DNA from: a virus
Reading direction: 5' to 3' (one strand)
DNA length: 64,000 bases
IMG/VR virus record: IMGVR_UViG_3300025093_000019
Span: 1-64,000 of that record
In this document: piece after piece, positions 7,779-22,700 of the stretch
Layout of the letters: each line of letters opens with the position of its first letter
Position numbering within the stretch: the stretch's first letter is position 1
The notes under the pieces: model-generated
Seen by the model: the letters and a program-made list of their open reading frames with translations, nothing else
The model's database searches: none
Told to the model about the DNA's origin: nothing
Position numbers and translations under genes: made by a program

Positions 7779-10700
7779 TTATTCCTCACCTTCCGGGATT
7801 ACCTCCCCTACAGCTTTAACAGTTGAACTAAATGGAACTAACCTGTCTATTTCTTGCCAGCTACCAGTTGCAACTTCCCAATATCTTCCTATTGTTTCAA
7901 GTAGTGGAACACTAACTATAGCATCTGCTATTAAAGATGGCTGCCAAAGCATTAAATCTAAAGCTCCATATTTTAATGTTCTTAGGAATCTTGAGTCTGG
8001 AAGTAAGTTTTGTTTTCCTTTCTTATCGTCATCCCAATCTACTTGTGTCAATCCTGCGTAAATGAAAGACATGATAGCAGCTGATACCGTATCGGCCAGT
8101 AAACGTGATACATTATACTTATCTGTTTTAGACATACTCATCCAGGCTTCTTTTCCATTGTACTTGGCCTTTTTAAGTTCTGTAAACAAAGTTGACATAG
8201 ATCTAACCATGCCTTTTGTCATTCTTTGTTCCCAAACATACTCTCCATCTTTTTTGGTCCATTCACCTTCAACAGGAGAGTACTTCTCAACATCAAAGTA
8301 ATTGTATAATTTATCTGGTAAGTAAGAACGATATTGCATAAACAATCTTCCAACAGTACCTCTTGACAGTCTGGTTTGGGTTAGTGCATCCATTGAACCT
8401 ACTATGTATTTGTCAGCTATTGTTTTAAGCTGTCTTTGCATCATAAGTTCATATCCTCGTGGCATAGCCTCATCTACAGAATTCATAAACCCGTCTTCTA
8501 CAAGTCTATTTTTTATGAACTCTTTCATGGCTTGACCATCTTCACCTTCCCATCTTGGATCTAAGTTCTCATCGTATGCTAATTTACCATTTTTAACTGA
8601 ATAAGCAGCAATTGATCCATCTTTTTGCATAGCGGCAACAGCAGCTAATCCTCTAACATAATAGTCAGTAATCCAGTTCGTCCAGTGCATTGTATGACTA
8701 GTGAATAGATTTTTATCCATTACCTTTTTTCTAGGGTTATGCATAAGATCTCTTTCAGTCATGTCTGCAACTTGGTATTCCTCCATTATAGCTTCAAACA
8801 GTTCTCTACCAGTTTTAGAGGCAAGCATATTTAATGCTTTTTGTGCGTCTTTACGCCCATAAACACCAGAACCACTCATGTCATTAGCAATTGCTGTATT
8901 CATGAATTGGTTTGCATTCATTAAAGCAGATGTCATACCTAGAGGTACGTTTAATCCTAAACTAAATGCTGATGTTACTTGTAATGCTTGATTTACAAAC
9001 TTATCTACATTTACAGGGGCCTCCTTAAATGGAAGATTTAAATTGATATCTGTTGTTTCAGCTTGACCTTTAATAACAGAATTAACATAGCTTGTTAGAT
9101 ATTGAATTGATTTTTCCTGATCACCTTCTAGCTTCATTAATTCTGCATTATGAAGTATAGCTTGACCTCCATTGATAATCGGAAGCAATTCAGATTCAAC
9201 TATTCTTTTTCTATTGCTCGAAGACATCATTAAATTCATGATCATTTCGAGGTTTGTACTTAACGATTCATTAGCAAACTGATCAGTGAGAATGTGACCA
9301 CCAATAGCCTTATCAATACCCATTATACTCATTCTAGTATCAGATCCAAATACATCAGATTGTACTCCAGTTTGACTCATGAATATATCACTCATCTCTG
9401 TAAGTATTTTTTTCTTCTTAGAATCTTTTGATTGCTTTACATTTGCCTCATCATAAAGATCATCCATATTTGAAAGCTGATACATAAACTTCTCATATGC
9501 TTGTTTAGCATTTTTAGTATCCATCTTCATGAGCATTTCATTAACTGACTTGGATATCATAGGAACCATACCTTTTCTCCAAATCTTTTCAAGCTGCTCT
9601 CTAGCATCTTGTTCAGTGTACTTATTTTTGAAGTATCTATTTTGATGGATTAAGTTTTTGATCATCTCTTTTTCTAGAGTGTCAACTACAAACTTACCAA
9701 GTTCTACATCCCCAGGTGCTAATGTTCCATCAGCAATAAGCTTTTTAGTTTCTGGATCATTTTTGTCCCAATGTATTTCACCTGAATTTACTTCTACATC
9801 ATTTCCATTGATGTCTTTTATCATTCTAGTTTTAAATAAAGGCTTGAATTTATCACCAGCTAAATTTTGTAAGAAGTTCCATTTTCTTTGGTCCGGATGC
9901 TTCAAGAAATATCTTTCATCATAAGCTCTAAGTAATGGATTAAATTCATTTTTCTGCCATTTACTAATAGTATCAACATTCTTAGATAAAGTCTGATATG
10001 TTTTTTCTTGAACCCAATTTACTATCTCGTGTTCAATATTATGAGTAGTTGCGGTATAAGATGTTATAAGATTCAAGTCATTTGTACTGATTCTTTCAAA
10101 AGCAACAGGTGTTTTTGTAAGCTGCTTTAAAGTAGCACCTAATAAAGCATACTCTCTATCATCTTTTAAAGACTCTGGATTCTTTTGTTTTTCTAACCTA
10201 AGCATATGCCACTTGACCATTTCAAGAATATCCTCTCTACTTCCAACGCCTGATAGATACTCTTCTATCCTAGAGACAGAACCTTTCATAGTTCTAAACT
10301 CCCAAGAATTAGGATTGTCAGTTGAAAGATCTACTTGTCTTTGCTGATACTCTCTTCTTAAAGAGTACAACCAAGGCTGGTCATAGTCCTCCTCATAAAG
10401 AGTATCATCATTTATTACATCTCTGATTTCAGGAGATAAAGCTTCATACAAAGGCTCAATTTCTCTCATTGCCTTTATATTATCCATATAGTTGTCCATC
10501 AATACATAAGATGATTCCACATCGTTAGAGTGGACACCCATAACTTCAACTAGCTTTATTTTTAGTTCTGGATTTGCCTGCTTCATTGCCATGACTTGTA
10601 GAGTCAAAAGCATTCTTCTCATATCCCCTTCATTGTTACCAAAAGAAACACCTTTTTTCATTGCTTCTTTGTCGTCCATGAAGTTTCTAAAGAGGTTTCC

Positions 10701-13700
10701 TTTACCCAAGAACTTTTTACCAAGTCTTAAAGATGTGATATCAAAAATAGATATTGATCTTCCTGCGTCATCAATTGATTTATGGATAACGATAATAGGA
10801 TCATATCCTTCAAAGGCCTCAATATAAGGTATGTGTTGATTTCCACTGTCCTTAAATTCACTATACCTCATAAAGACATCTGTCTTATCATAGTCCATCT
10901 TCTTTTTAACCTCAGCTAAGACATCAGCATTATATCTAGATCTTCTATCTTTTGTAGGGAAAAAGTCTTTTGATATTTCAGGGTTTGTTTCTGCTCCAGA
11001 AGAAAGCCAATCCATCATAGTGTTCTTGTACTTTTGCTCAAACTCTGTGAACTTAGGTACTATCTCTTCTTTAATGAACTGCTTAGATGCCATTTCATCC
11101 ATGTCCTTAAAGTAGAACTTTTCACCGCTATACCAGTAAGTCTTTGTTTTAGGATCTATGTTTGAATAGATCGTATCAATTAATTCATCTACACGATACT
11201 CAGAGAAGTTTTTGATAACACCAGAAGGTTGTAAAGAGTTAATAATGTCTTTACTAACTGCCGCTTCCGGAACATCATATTCAGCTTCTGCTATCATATA
11301 AGATCCTCCTTTAGGATCTATTACAATTTTGTTGTCTTGATTTATATCCATTGCGGACATAAACTCATATTTACCTTCCTGAATAAAGTCATTAGTTATA
11401 CCTATAACTTGATCTAATGCATTGATTTGATTTGGAGTTCCATCACCAAACATAGATTTAATTCCATTCAAGAACTGATTCCAAGCACTACTCAACCATG
11501 ATTTAGCCTCTGTTTCTATTTCAGCTTCAGGAATACCATCGATACCCTTCATGAATTTTTGTAGGTTGTCATTTGTGTACGCCTCAGCAACAAATTCATC
11601 TAGGTTCTTAAATCCATAATTCTCAAATTTAGGATTTCCTTCTGCATCTTTTACATCAGCTTTTGATTTAACATGATCATAAAGCTTTTTGATATCACGT
11701 TGATACTTTAATGCTGATTCAACTCTAGCTCTTTCTGCTGTATTAAACTTACTAAGATCTATATCTTGATCTATGTTTAATGCGTAAACAGTAAAGTTAT
11801 GTAGCATTTCATGTAGGAAAACTCGTTCAGAATACTGACTAGGATCTGATTTATTAACCTTTCCATTATATATAGTGTCAAGATTAATTTTAATCCCCGT
11901 AGTACCCCAATTGAAATACCCTCCAACTGTGGCACCTTGATCTGCTTTTTCCTTAAAGTCAGCGTCTTCATCTGTACGAAGCCAAGAAACTAATCCTTTA
12001 TCAAGCCATCCACTTTCATTTGCTTTTAATAGCAAGTCTGCAATTAGCCTGTGGCCATCATGCTTAGTTCTTTCTTGTATGGCCCTAAGCAATCCTTCTT
12101 TTGTGTCATTTGATCTATACTCATCAATTGCTTTAGCACTAGGGACGTGTGGACGTAAAGTAACAGTATTTCCAACTACACCTCCAGTTCTATCTATATG
12201 CATAGTAGATCCATCTGGCATATAAACTATTCCAGATCTATAAGAAGGTCTATTTTTGAAAGTGATCTTTATTGATTTTCCTTGTCCAGCATCAATGTAA
12301 TTTTGAAGATCACCAAACTTCTTCATTACTTGAGGATATCCTTTTAGAGTAAAGTCACGTCCCCCTTCCCATTTACCAACCATTGTTAGGTTGCTTTCTA
12401 ATGGATTGTAACTATTAAATGTTTGTGCAACTTTTGACATATACATTTCACCAGTGTCACGATCTGTCATTGTAACATGATCTGCTAAACCTTGGCTACG
12501 TTCTAAATTCTTTTTAAAGAACTTAGGTGCAAGCTCCGGATTTTCAGACCATAGTTTTGCTCTAAATTCATAATTCTGAAGAAGAGCTTTATCATCACTA
12601 TTGTATAATGCATCTTGCATAAAGACATCCATCATTCGCTCATAGGATCTACTAACAGTTGTTCCTTCTGGAGTGTTAAGCTTGAAGGTTAGATCTGGAT
12701 TATCAAATATTGCTTCTTCAACGGAATCTAAGAATTCAGAGAATCTAACAAATATCTCATTATCCATAGCTTGGTAAAGAGTATTTGTCTTAAAGTTAAA
12801 ACCATCTTTCATTAACTGATAAGCATAGAACTTTTCTTTTAAGTTTCTTGGTAGCTTTGCAAAGTCAGCCCTCATATCAATAAGCTGACCTTTAGTTAAT
12901 TTACTAGCGTTCTTAATTTCAAGTACGCTATTTATATTGGTATCTCTAATTGTTAAGTTGTCTAAGAAAACATTGTTAGTTAATAACTTTTGTTCTCCTG
13001 AAGGATTGGGACTTCCATAAGCATCTTCTTTAAGCTTCATAACATAAGAAGGGAACTCTGTACCAAACCTATATCTTCCTGTTGTAGTAGAAAGATCGTA
13101 GCTTCCTACTGCTTTTGTACCAGACAAAGGAGGCATTGTAAGTCCAGGTGTGTTCTTGTTGTAATTAGTAGAAAAATACAGAGAAACATTAAACTTATCG
13201 AATTCTTTGAAGAATGAATAGTAAGACTGCTCACTCATCCAATCGTTTAGTTTGTTATCTCTTAGGTACTTTTTCATTAACCCCTGAACGAACTCACTAT
13301 TCTTAATGAAAGTTACATCCATCCACTGAGTCATTTTGTTGACCGCATCCAAATAACTAACAACATGAGGCAGTGCCTTAACAATTCCAGGTATATCGAT
13401 GTAGCTTCTAATTGCTTCTTCTTTTAATCGCAACTTTTCAAGGTCCTCTTCCGGTAAGAATCTTTTTTTAGATTCCCAAAATTTAGGATCTACATTAGTT
13501 CTACCTTTTGTGAAATCATCTATAGTTTGATTTAGGGCATATTCAATTTGACCTAATTGTTGATTTAACTTGTAATCAAATACAGGAATACCCTGGCTAT
13601 CAAACTTAACTACATTGTTTAATCTAATTACAGCTTCACCTAAATGAGACAGATCTTCTAACCTTCCTAGTTGATCTAGTTGTTCTCTAATGTACGGCTC

Positions 13701-16700
13701 CGGATCATTTTCTATGGATTTAAGATTCTCTAACTCATTCTCCATATTAGAAATCATATTCTGTTTGATTTCTTGATATTGTTCAGGAGTATAAGTTTCA
13801 AATCTTTCCGGAAGCCCCATACGATCTGTAACCAACACAACGTATGTACCATCTTCTTTTATTTCTGCTTCTTCAAATATTGGAGGAACAATGCTATCTG
13901 GTTGTGCCAGTGTAGCTTCTATTAGAGCCATTTTATCTTTTATGGCATCCATTTCATCTTGTGCATTTCCTTCTAACGACTCTCTCTGTGCTTCAATAGC
14001 ATCAGCTATAGTCATCTTTTTAAAGCTAGAAACTCTTCTAGAATACTTAATTCTATCAAAGACTTGTCTTACAGAGTCTTGATCAAGCAATGTACTTATT
14101 TGATCATAAGTGTAATTTAACATTGCTGCTGCACCTATGATGTTACTAGACTCAATAGTAGCACCTAAAGTACCAAGGATAAGTTCTTTGGCATTATCGG
14201 TTGCAGCATTCAAGTATCCTTCTAGTCTATCTGCAATTACCTTAGAATCAATGTCTTCTATTGCCAGTCTTTGGTTTAACTGAATGTTCTGAGCTTTTAA
14301 TGTCTCTAAGGCATGTGTAGTATATGAGAAGTTTTTAATGATGTTGGCAAATACACCAATCATTTTATCTCCTTCAAATATGTTGTCATAGTAGAATGCA
14401 TTGGTTCCGAAATCATGATGGTTGTTTTGGAACCTTTCCATTTGTGCTTTTTTGTCCGCAACTTGTCTTCTTAAAGGATTCAAGTTAATAGGACTCATAT
14501 AGATTTTAGCGTTTGAAGGATCTGTATAATACTCATACATTAAATCAAACTGAGAATTCATGTCTCCTTTCACTCCTTTATCTAGAATCCTACCAGTATC
14601 TCCAACAGACTTAAAGAACACGCTCAATGCATCGATATCGTAGTCACCACCATCTAAGATGTTCTTCAATGAACTTGTGTAAACAGTGTTACCATTATCA
14701 TTAATCCATCCAATTGCTTCACCAATAAAACCACCAGAAGCCTTTGATGTAGGTACACGGTTTAATACAAGCTTTGTAGTTTCTCTTAGATTCTGAACAT
14801 AAGCTATTGCTTTTTCAGCACTCTTGTATTTTTGCTGTATGAATGTGTCTCCATTCTTGCCTTCCTCTGATCTATATTGAGATTCAATAAATGTTTTAAG
14901 ATCCTCATCAGAAACCTTTTTCAAGTTTACAAGCTTACCATCTGCTCTTCTAAACATGAATGCATCATTTAATGAGAAGTCAGGGTTCTCTTCAAGGTAT
15001 TCTCTAAATCCAAACTGATCAATATAACTTAACGGAAGAATAATTTCAGCCGGCTTAACATATACATTTTGAGCAGCAACAGCATTATCAAACTCTTCAA
15101 GTGATTCTATTTTAACACCTGGTTGATCAGCATAGTAAAACTCCATAGGACGAAGCTGACGTTGAGTAAGAGGTGTATCACCAAACTCTCCTTTTTCAAC
15201 TTCTTTTTCCATATAGATATTACCATCCTCAGACTCATAAACATCAAAGAAGAATGCAGGAGCTTGACTCATTTTAACTCCATTTGATTTTGGTCTAATT
15301 GCATGCTTAGTTACCTGGTTAATTAACTGCTGTTTAATCTTACCCATGTTAGGTAAGTTCAAGCTAATATTACCATCTAGCCTACTCTTAAATAAAAGCT
15401 CAGTGTATTGAGTTAACTCTCCAACTTGCTCTGCCTGCTGAATTCCTATATCTTTCAACCAATTAGCAAACGCATCAGGATCTAATCCGCCTTCATCAAC
15501 AAATTTTTTCATCATGTTGCTGATTGCATCATCAGATATCTTAGCTTTCAAGCTGTTTATTTGACCTACCCTTTCTATGTTTTGAGATCCAACACCCATT
15601 TCAGCTAAAAGCTGAGTAGGCTGAGATTGCTTATCTGTCTTTTCAACATCTTGTGCTGCATTTAACTGAATACCAAAGAATCTGTTATCAAGAGTTGTTG
15701 ATACATTCCAAACATCATCATCGATATTTTGTATTGCTCTTGCACCTGTCTTCACTCCAGATCTAAATACTGCTTGTCCAAGTATTTCTGAAGCTCTTCC
15801 TGTTGAAATAACTTCTTCTGTAATTTCATCAAGAGTTCTAGTTCCATTTTCCCAAGATCTATACAGCTGCTGAAGAACTGGTCCAGGCATCATCTTTCTG
15901 AAGTAATCTCTTGCTTTTGCAGAGTTCCTTAAAATACCTTCTGTCAATTCAAGACTTGCATACTTTATATACAAGCTATCATTAGTCGCTAAATCTGTTT
16001 TCTTGTAAACAGGTTTACCCATACCTACACCCATGACACCAAGTTCATTACCCCCTAGAGAGTTCTTGAGCAACCTAGTGTATATTGGGTTTTCAAAAGA
16101 CAAACCATCAGTGTCTTCTGTTGTTGATTTGGCATTGAATATAGTTCTTAACTGATCGTATTCTTGAGTTGAAATATCTTCAAGTATCGCAATGTTCGTA
16201 TTCATTCCAACACCTCTTGGAGTACTCGTATCAACAACCCATAAAGGTGCCACGGCACCGGAACCTCTCTTAAAGTAATTGTCAACACCTTTATACTGCA
16301 TAGTATTTCCGTCAACAATCTGGCTTAAATAGAAATCATTAAAGTGATACATATAGAAGAACGACTCTAATGTAGGGTTTACATCCCACCATGTATAACC
16401 TTTAGGAGTTTTCTTAGTCATATCAGGATAGGCCCAATCAGTTTCAGTAATTCTATCAGTAGCTGTTCCTCCTCGTTCTCTCCATAGCTTAACCTCTTTT
16501 TTCAAGTGGTTAGCAGCATCCATATGAGTTCTAAAGAATATTGACTTAATCATTTCATCAACATTCTTGTCTTCTGTAATGCCTTTTTCTTTTAGATCTT
16601 TTTGTAACTGAGATTCAAAGAATACATCTTTTGCAGCATTAAAGTCCAAATCTACTCCTGCTTGTGCAGCAGTATTAATTTCTGCATTAATCTCTTCATC

Positions 16701-19700
16701 ATAAAAACCACCTTCAATAAGTTCTGCAAGATCTCTTTTGGCTTTTGGAACCTCAGCTGATCTTTTTAACCTACTAAAGTTGTTCCAGTTATAGACTCTA
16801 TCAAACTCCATCATAGCACTAGGACCAGCAAAAACATATTCGTTTCCGTCCTCTAGTTTTCTAATTGTATAGTCACTGTCTATTACTAAATCAGATCTCT
16901 TAAATGCATCTACAATATCCAATCGATTAGCACCTGTTTGCAAATCAGCTAAATACCATTTCATAGTATTAGGATCTGCTATAAACGACTCAACAATTTC
17001 ATTGTATTGCTGAGAAGCATTTTGTGCGTCCAGTGTAGTATCATTTATTACTTGATGTAATTTTGTTCCAGGTATATTTCCAATAACGTCAACTATTCTT
17101 GATGCTGACTTTTTTCTCTGGTTGTTAATGATCCTAAAAATGTTGATTACATTATCCTTAATCCATTGACGATCGACACTTATTGATCCATCTTTTAATG
17201 TAAATGGATTGTTAGGTAGTTTTATATCAAATACCGGGACACCAGCTTTGTTTGATGTGTTATGATAAGGAAGTCTAAACGTCGGAATTCTATTTCCTCT
17301 AGCTACATCTTCAACAAAAAGACCATTTATTACGAACTCAGCAAAATCAAGCTCAGTCATTTGTCTTCCGTGTCTAGATCCATTTCTTTCATTTGCTAGA
17401 CCACCCATTCTAACCATGTCAACAACTTCCCAATCTGATTCAGGATTTAGATATGGATTTAAAACTTCTAAGCCATAAGCTCCAGATTCATCTTGTGTTA
17501 GTTCAAAGTTTGGATTGTTTGATAGTTCATCAAAAGTGGTTCTTTCAATAATTGTTTTAACCATTTCTTTCAATCCGGATCCACTATTCTTTCCACTAAT
17601 TTGTGAGTTAGGAAATAGTCGATCGATAGTACTAGCATTAACATTTCGATAAACTTTTTTACCATCAACAGTGTAATACCACATGGCGTTATTTCCAAGC
17701 TCACTATCTGACTGAACTTTACCAAGGTTCTGAGTAAGTCTCCACATGTCAGTAGGCTTATAGAACTCTTCTCCAATTTCGGCACTATCTATTGTTGAGT
17801 CTTCATTTAGTTCATCTAAAGATTCAGTTTTGTATGCATTCTCTTCATAATACTTCTCAAGAAGACTTCTGATAGAGATGCTAGGATCAACAGCTTCTTT
17901 TGCTGTAAGCATCCACATTCCTGCTATCTCTGCAATCTTAGCTTGATCAACTTTTAAGTCTGGATTATCTTGGTCCGTGTCTTCAACAGTGTCCATATAT
18001 CTATTTATGGCATTGTCGTAAACCAGTTTACCAATATTGAAAAGGTTGAACAATGTTTTTATGTCTGAAGTTCTTACATTTTCACCAAGTTCAAATGAAA
18101 CTATTTGAGATTTATTTTTCCCTTTAACAAACTTGATTACTTGCTTATCTGGTGCACCTTTTATTTTAAGTGTAACACCACTTGAAGTTACAGATATATC
18201 ATTGTTCTTACCTACTAACCTCTCTCTTATCCTTTCAGAAACCATAACCTCCCCATCAACAATAGAGAAAAGCGTATTATCTAGTCTCGATTTAATAGAT
18301 TGAGATATGTGAGATCCAATAGCCATAGAAGATTTCTTAGCATTGTAGAACTTGCTAGAAGTAGTAAATGTCTCTCCTGTAACTTCATCAAAATCTGTGT
18401 ATCTTTTTGTATCAGAATACACATCGATAGTACTTCTTGTGGTAACAGATCCAAAGTGAGTAATAATTGCACTTATTAAATTGTCACTTGCTATACCTTT
18501 AGCTTTCACAACATCAGGATCATAACCTAGTATAGCTAAGTTTGATTTACCAGTAGCAACATTAACCATAGATCCCATTCTAAGTTCTTCATGACTTAAA
18601 AGTTTTTTACTTGGATCAGTATATTCACTAACAGCTGTAGGTCCTTGTGCTGCTTCTGTAACCCCAAAGTAATCTTCATAAAAAGATCTAACAGTGTTGT
18701 ACGTCGGTGTACCCACTCCTGCATTATTAAATATCTCTCTTAAATGATACTTCAGTTTTTGAAGATCATTAAATCCTTTTGTGTTTTCATTTTCAAATCT
18801 AGCTTTTTGAGATGCATCCGAAAGAACTTTAAAGATTGTAGGCTCATCAATAGTTCTACCATCTAAATCTACTTCATAAGTGTTTTCATCAGTATAATAT
18901 CTCAAAGGTGTATGCCTAATATGAAGCTTAACCAAATCAGAAAGAGTATCTGTAAAGTTTCTTTCATCAAGGTTGTCCATCATGTTGGTCTGACTTGTCT
19001 CATTTAAAGATTTCAATATTTCATCATCACCCTGAATTTGTTCTGCTAGATATACACCAAGCTTTTTAATCTTTTTATCTGACAAGTTTAGAGAAGGAAC
19101 AGCAGAGTTAATAAAAGATATTAATGCTTCAGTGTTCTTACCAAATGTATATACCGTGTAAAGTAATGGTTGCTGACCTTTTAGTTTACTTGCATTTGTT
19201 CCATTAACATCAGCATATGTTTTTACATCTTTACTACCATCAGAAAGCTCTAAATTAAAATAGTTGTTCTCAATTATCTGTGACTTAGCCTTATACCAGT
19301 TAACAACATTTGCTATTGTATCACTAATACTCATTGCAGGAGTATTGAGATCCCTATTAAAGTTTGAGAACTTAATTATCTGTTGAGCAACATGTTTCTT
19401 AGCTTCGTCTGCTAATCCATGATCACCATAGATGTTTTTAGCAAACTTCATAAAGCTATCTTTTCTTTCTTCCGGATCTTCTAATACATCTGGATTATCT
19501 TCGTTTGTATCAGGGTTATATTCACCATCGTTTTCACTTGCTTCTACTTCAGAGAATGATCTCTTATTTGGATCGATATTGAATTTACCAAGATCTCTCA
19601 AGAAGTCAGAATCAGTTTGATCAACTATACCACCTTTAGAATGAGTGATTGAAGAGACATCAATTTGATCAGTGCCCAAATAGAATCCATAATTGTTTAC

Positions 19701-22700
19701 ATCTTCTGCTCTTGTTAACAATTGTGATTCCTGCTCTGCTTTTACATTTAGCTTCTTGTCCTTACTAGTAAAATCAACAGTCTGAACAATCTTTCCTTTC
19801 ATTATCTTAGAAATCTTCTTGTCCATTATATCTAAGGCAGATTCTAAGGATTTCAATAAAGCGGCAGGAGTGGTTTTTTGATTAACACCACGTAATCCTA
19901 TTTCTGCTTCATTCTTGACATATAAGTGTTCCGCAAGCTCTGGCCATCTTTGATCGAAAGCTTTTGTATCCGGATCTATTAAATATCCTCTGTTTTGCTG
20001 GAACAATTTATATGCTTTAGTTTTTAAAACATCCCTACCAGTGTAAGCAGTTCCCTTTAGATCGTTTAATTCACCCTTAATAAGGTTGTAGTGATTAGAA
20101 TCATATTCAGGACTTTGAAGTATAATAGTACTCTTGTCAAATGCAGGACCTACCTTCCAAACATCTACAGCCCATGTGGCTATCTTTGAAGGTTTACCTT
20201 TAGCGTTTGTTATTGTCTTGTAATTAGTAGTCCAATAAGGAGTTCCTATCTGGAATCCTTTGTCTTTTAGTTTTCCTTTAAGTGCAGTCCAAGATTGCTT
20301 GTATTCCCCATACTGAACAGAACCTTGTCTTAAAGATTTCAGTTTTGCACGACCTACAAACCCTTGCTCCTGTCCAGCACCCTTTGCTCTAAATCCTGCA
20401 AGATCTAAATTAAACGATCTTAGATTCATTTGCGATTGTGCATTCTTATCGCCTTTAAATCCTTCTCTAATCTTTTTAAGTAGATCTTCTACAGCACCTT
20501 TGTCTTTATAGTTAATTGGCTCTCCTGTTTTTAGGCCGCCATCAACTCTTTTTCCAAAGTCTATTTCAGGTTGCGGAAGTGTAGCTATTACATTGTAATT
20601 GTTGTCCTGAATATACTTTAATGCTTGGTCAAAATTCAATTCATTTCCAACGCTCTTACCATAAGAATCAGCATAGAACCTTGCCATCTCACCAAGAGTT
20701 TTTGAGTCTGCCTTGACTAGCAATACATTATTCATTAACTCTGGCTCTCCATCATCATTTAAAAGCTCAATGTTTTCGTGGAATGTTATATTTACAGCAG
20801 GAGCAGCCGTCCCATCATTCAGCCTTGACTTAATTGATTTGATAAACTCATTTTTAAAGTTTACATGATCATTCTGAAGATCCCATCCTCCTCCAATTGT
20901 ACCTTGTTGGCTTTCTTTTTTCGGGTTCTTATCAAAGAATTCAGCTGCCTTTCTGATCTTGTTCAGGTTTCTGGTTCCGTCAGGATGATACTGATTTTTT
21001 GCTGCTAACAATACTTGCTTGGCAGCACCAATAAGACCAGCATGATAATTAGCCGGCTCTGCATCAAAAGGAATTTCTACTGATATCTCCCAATAAGCCG
21101 TTCTTCCTGCTCTGTCTCCAGGTACAACTTCTTGGTATGAAACTCCAGAGATCCTATCATCTTTAATAACTAAAGAGACATATTTAGAGTTTTCGTTAGA
21201 TTTGTTTGGCTCTGTTACAAACGTACCTACAATTGTTTTTTGCTCATCTACATATGAATCATAATTTAAGTTAAACGCTGTAATTCTTTTGTCTGATAGT
21301 TCTGTTCCATACCATTTTTCAAATCCTCTAGATATACCACGGAACGTCAATTCTATTGCGTCGTCAGGAAATACTCCTGTATTTTGAAAAGTCTTTTGTG
21401 GGCTTTGAGATGCATTACCATACGCAAAAGTGTATCCAGCAGCATGCTTCATTGCACCTTCTTTGTAGATTCTTTCAGGGGTTCCGTTTGCTTCGTTCTG
21501 GTTTAAAGTGTCAATACTAGTAACGTCCTGTGTAGAGAACATTTGCTTAAACTCAGTTTCTGTTAATGGACTTTCCTTATCATGATTGATTTCATAAAAA
21601 GTAGTTCCCTTTACATCTTTGTAAACACCGGTAACTTCAACAAGAGTTGTTGGATCATTATTGTTGACAAACATTTGACTTATGTCAGAATGTCCATCGT
21701 CATAGTTTCTAACATTCTTGTCTTTAAATTCAGGCAAGATATTGTTATCAACCATTGATTCTCCATATGCTTTATACTCTGCAAACTCTTGAGAGTCATA
21801 AGGCATAACAATAAAGTCAGTGTCTTCTACTTTAGCGATACTGGCATTATCTTTAATCATGGCTTTCACTACGCCTACATTTCGGATCTTATATTCAGGT
21901 CTTCCAGACTTTTCATCACCCTTTGTAAGTATTCTAGCGTAACCACCCAATTGTGCTAGAGCAGCATTTAGTCCATTATTGAATTTTTGAGATCCATCCG
22001 GCATCTTAATAAACCCTTTTTCAAAAGGATCTGCCTCATTGGTGTCTTCAAAGAATTCGTGACTTCCAGGAGTAAGTGTTTTAAGATCATAAATATCTAG
22101 AACTGGTATTCCATCTTCTATACCAACTACATCTACAATATCAATAGTTCCTGCAACATCATTAATGTAAACAGCAGCAATGGTTTCAGGAAGAGTTCTG
22201 GATCCACCTTTTGTAAGTCTCTGAGCAATTGGTATTGCAACATTTTGAATTACGTCATTAATAAATGGATGATTTTCAAATGTAGAATCAGCATCATCTC
22301 CAATAGGTTCTATTTTAGATAGCTTTGCTTTTTTACTCTTATTGTGCTTATCTACAGCTTCATTATAAGCCTGAATAAGATTTGTAATCTCTTCTTTATC
22401 AGACTTTAAAAACAATTTGTTTCTTCCTGGTGCTTGTCTTGTTAAATAAGCTTCTACTATTTTATGTGCTGCTTGACCTCTTAAAGAGTAGGATCTATCA
22501 TTAAAGTCTTTTGTTGGATTTGTTAGATCTTGGTTCTTTCTTTCTGTTACAGAATAAAGACCTTTTCCATCCATTACATATCTAAACTCAACTCCACCAA
22601 CTTTAAACTTAGCACCTAAATCAGGTGCCTTTTTAAGTTTGCCTTTTTTGTTAGCATTTTTGATTTGATTTCTTATTCCTTTGAATTGATCATCACTAAG

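Noticed and set aside
10590-10810. Second degenerate PD-(D/E)xK-like motif (YDP...SIFDITS) in the polyprotein C-terminal region
   Set aside because: The catalytic Lys is absent and the similarity is too weak to support without a profile search.
21880-22500. Cas4 / CRISPR-associated nuclease call
   Set aside because: It lacks the Fe-S cysteine cluster of Cas4 and has no CRISPR context; treated as a generic RecB-like PD-(D/E)xK domain.
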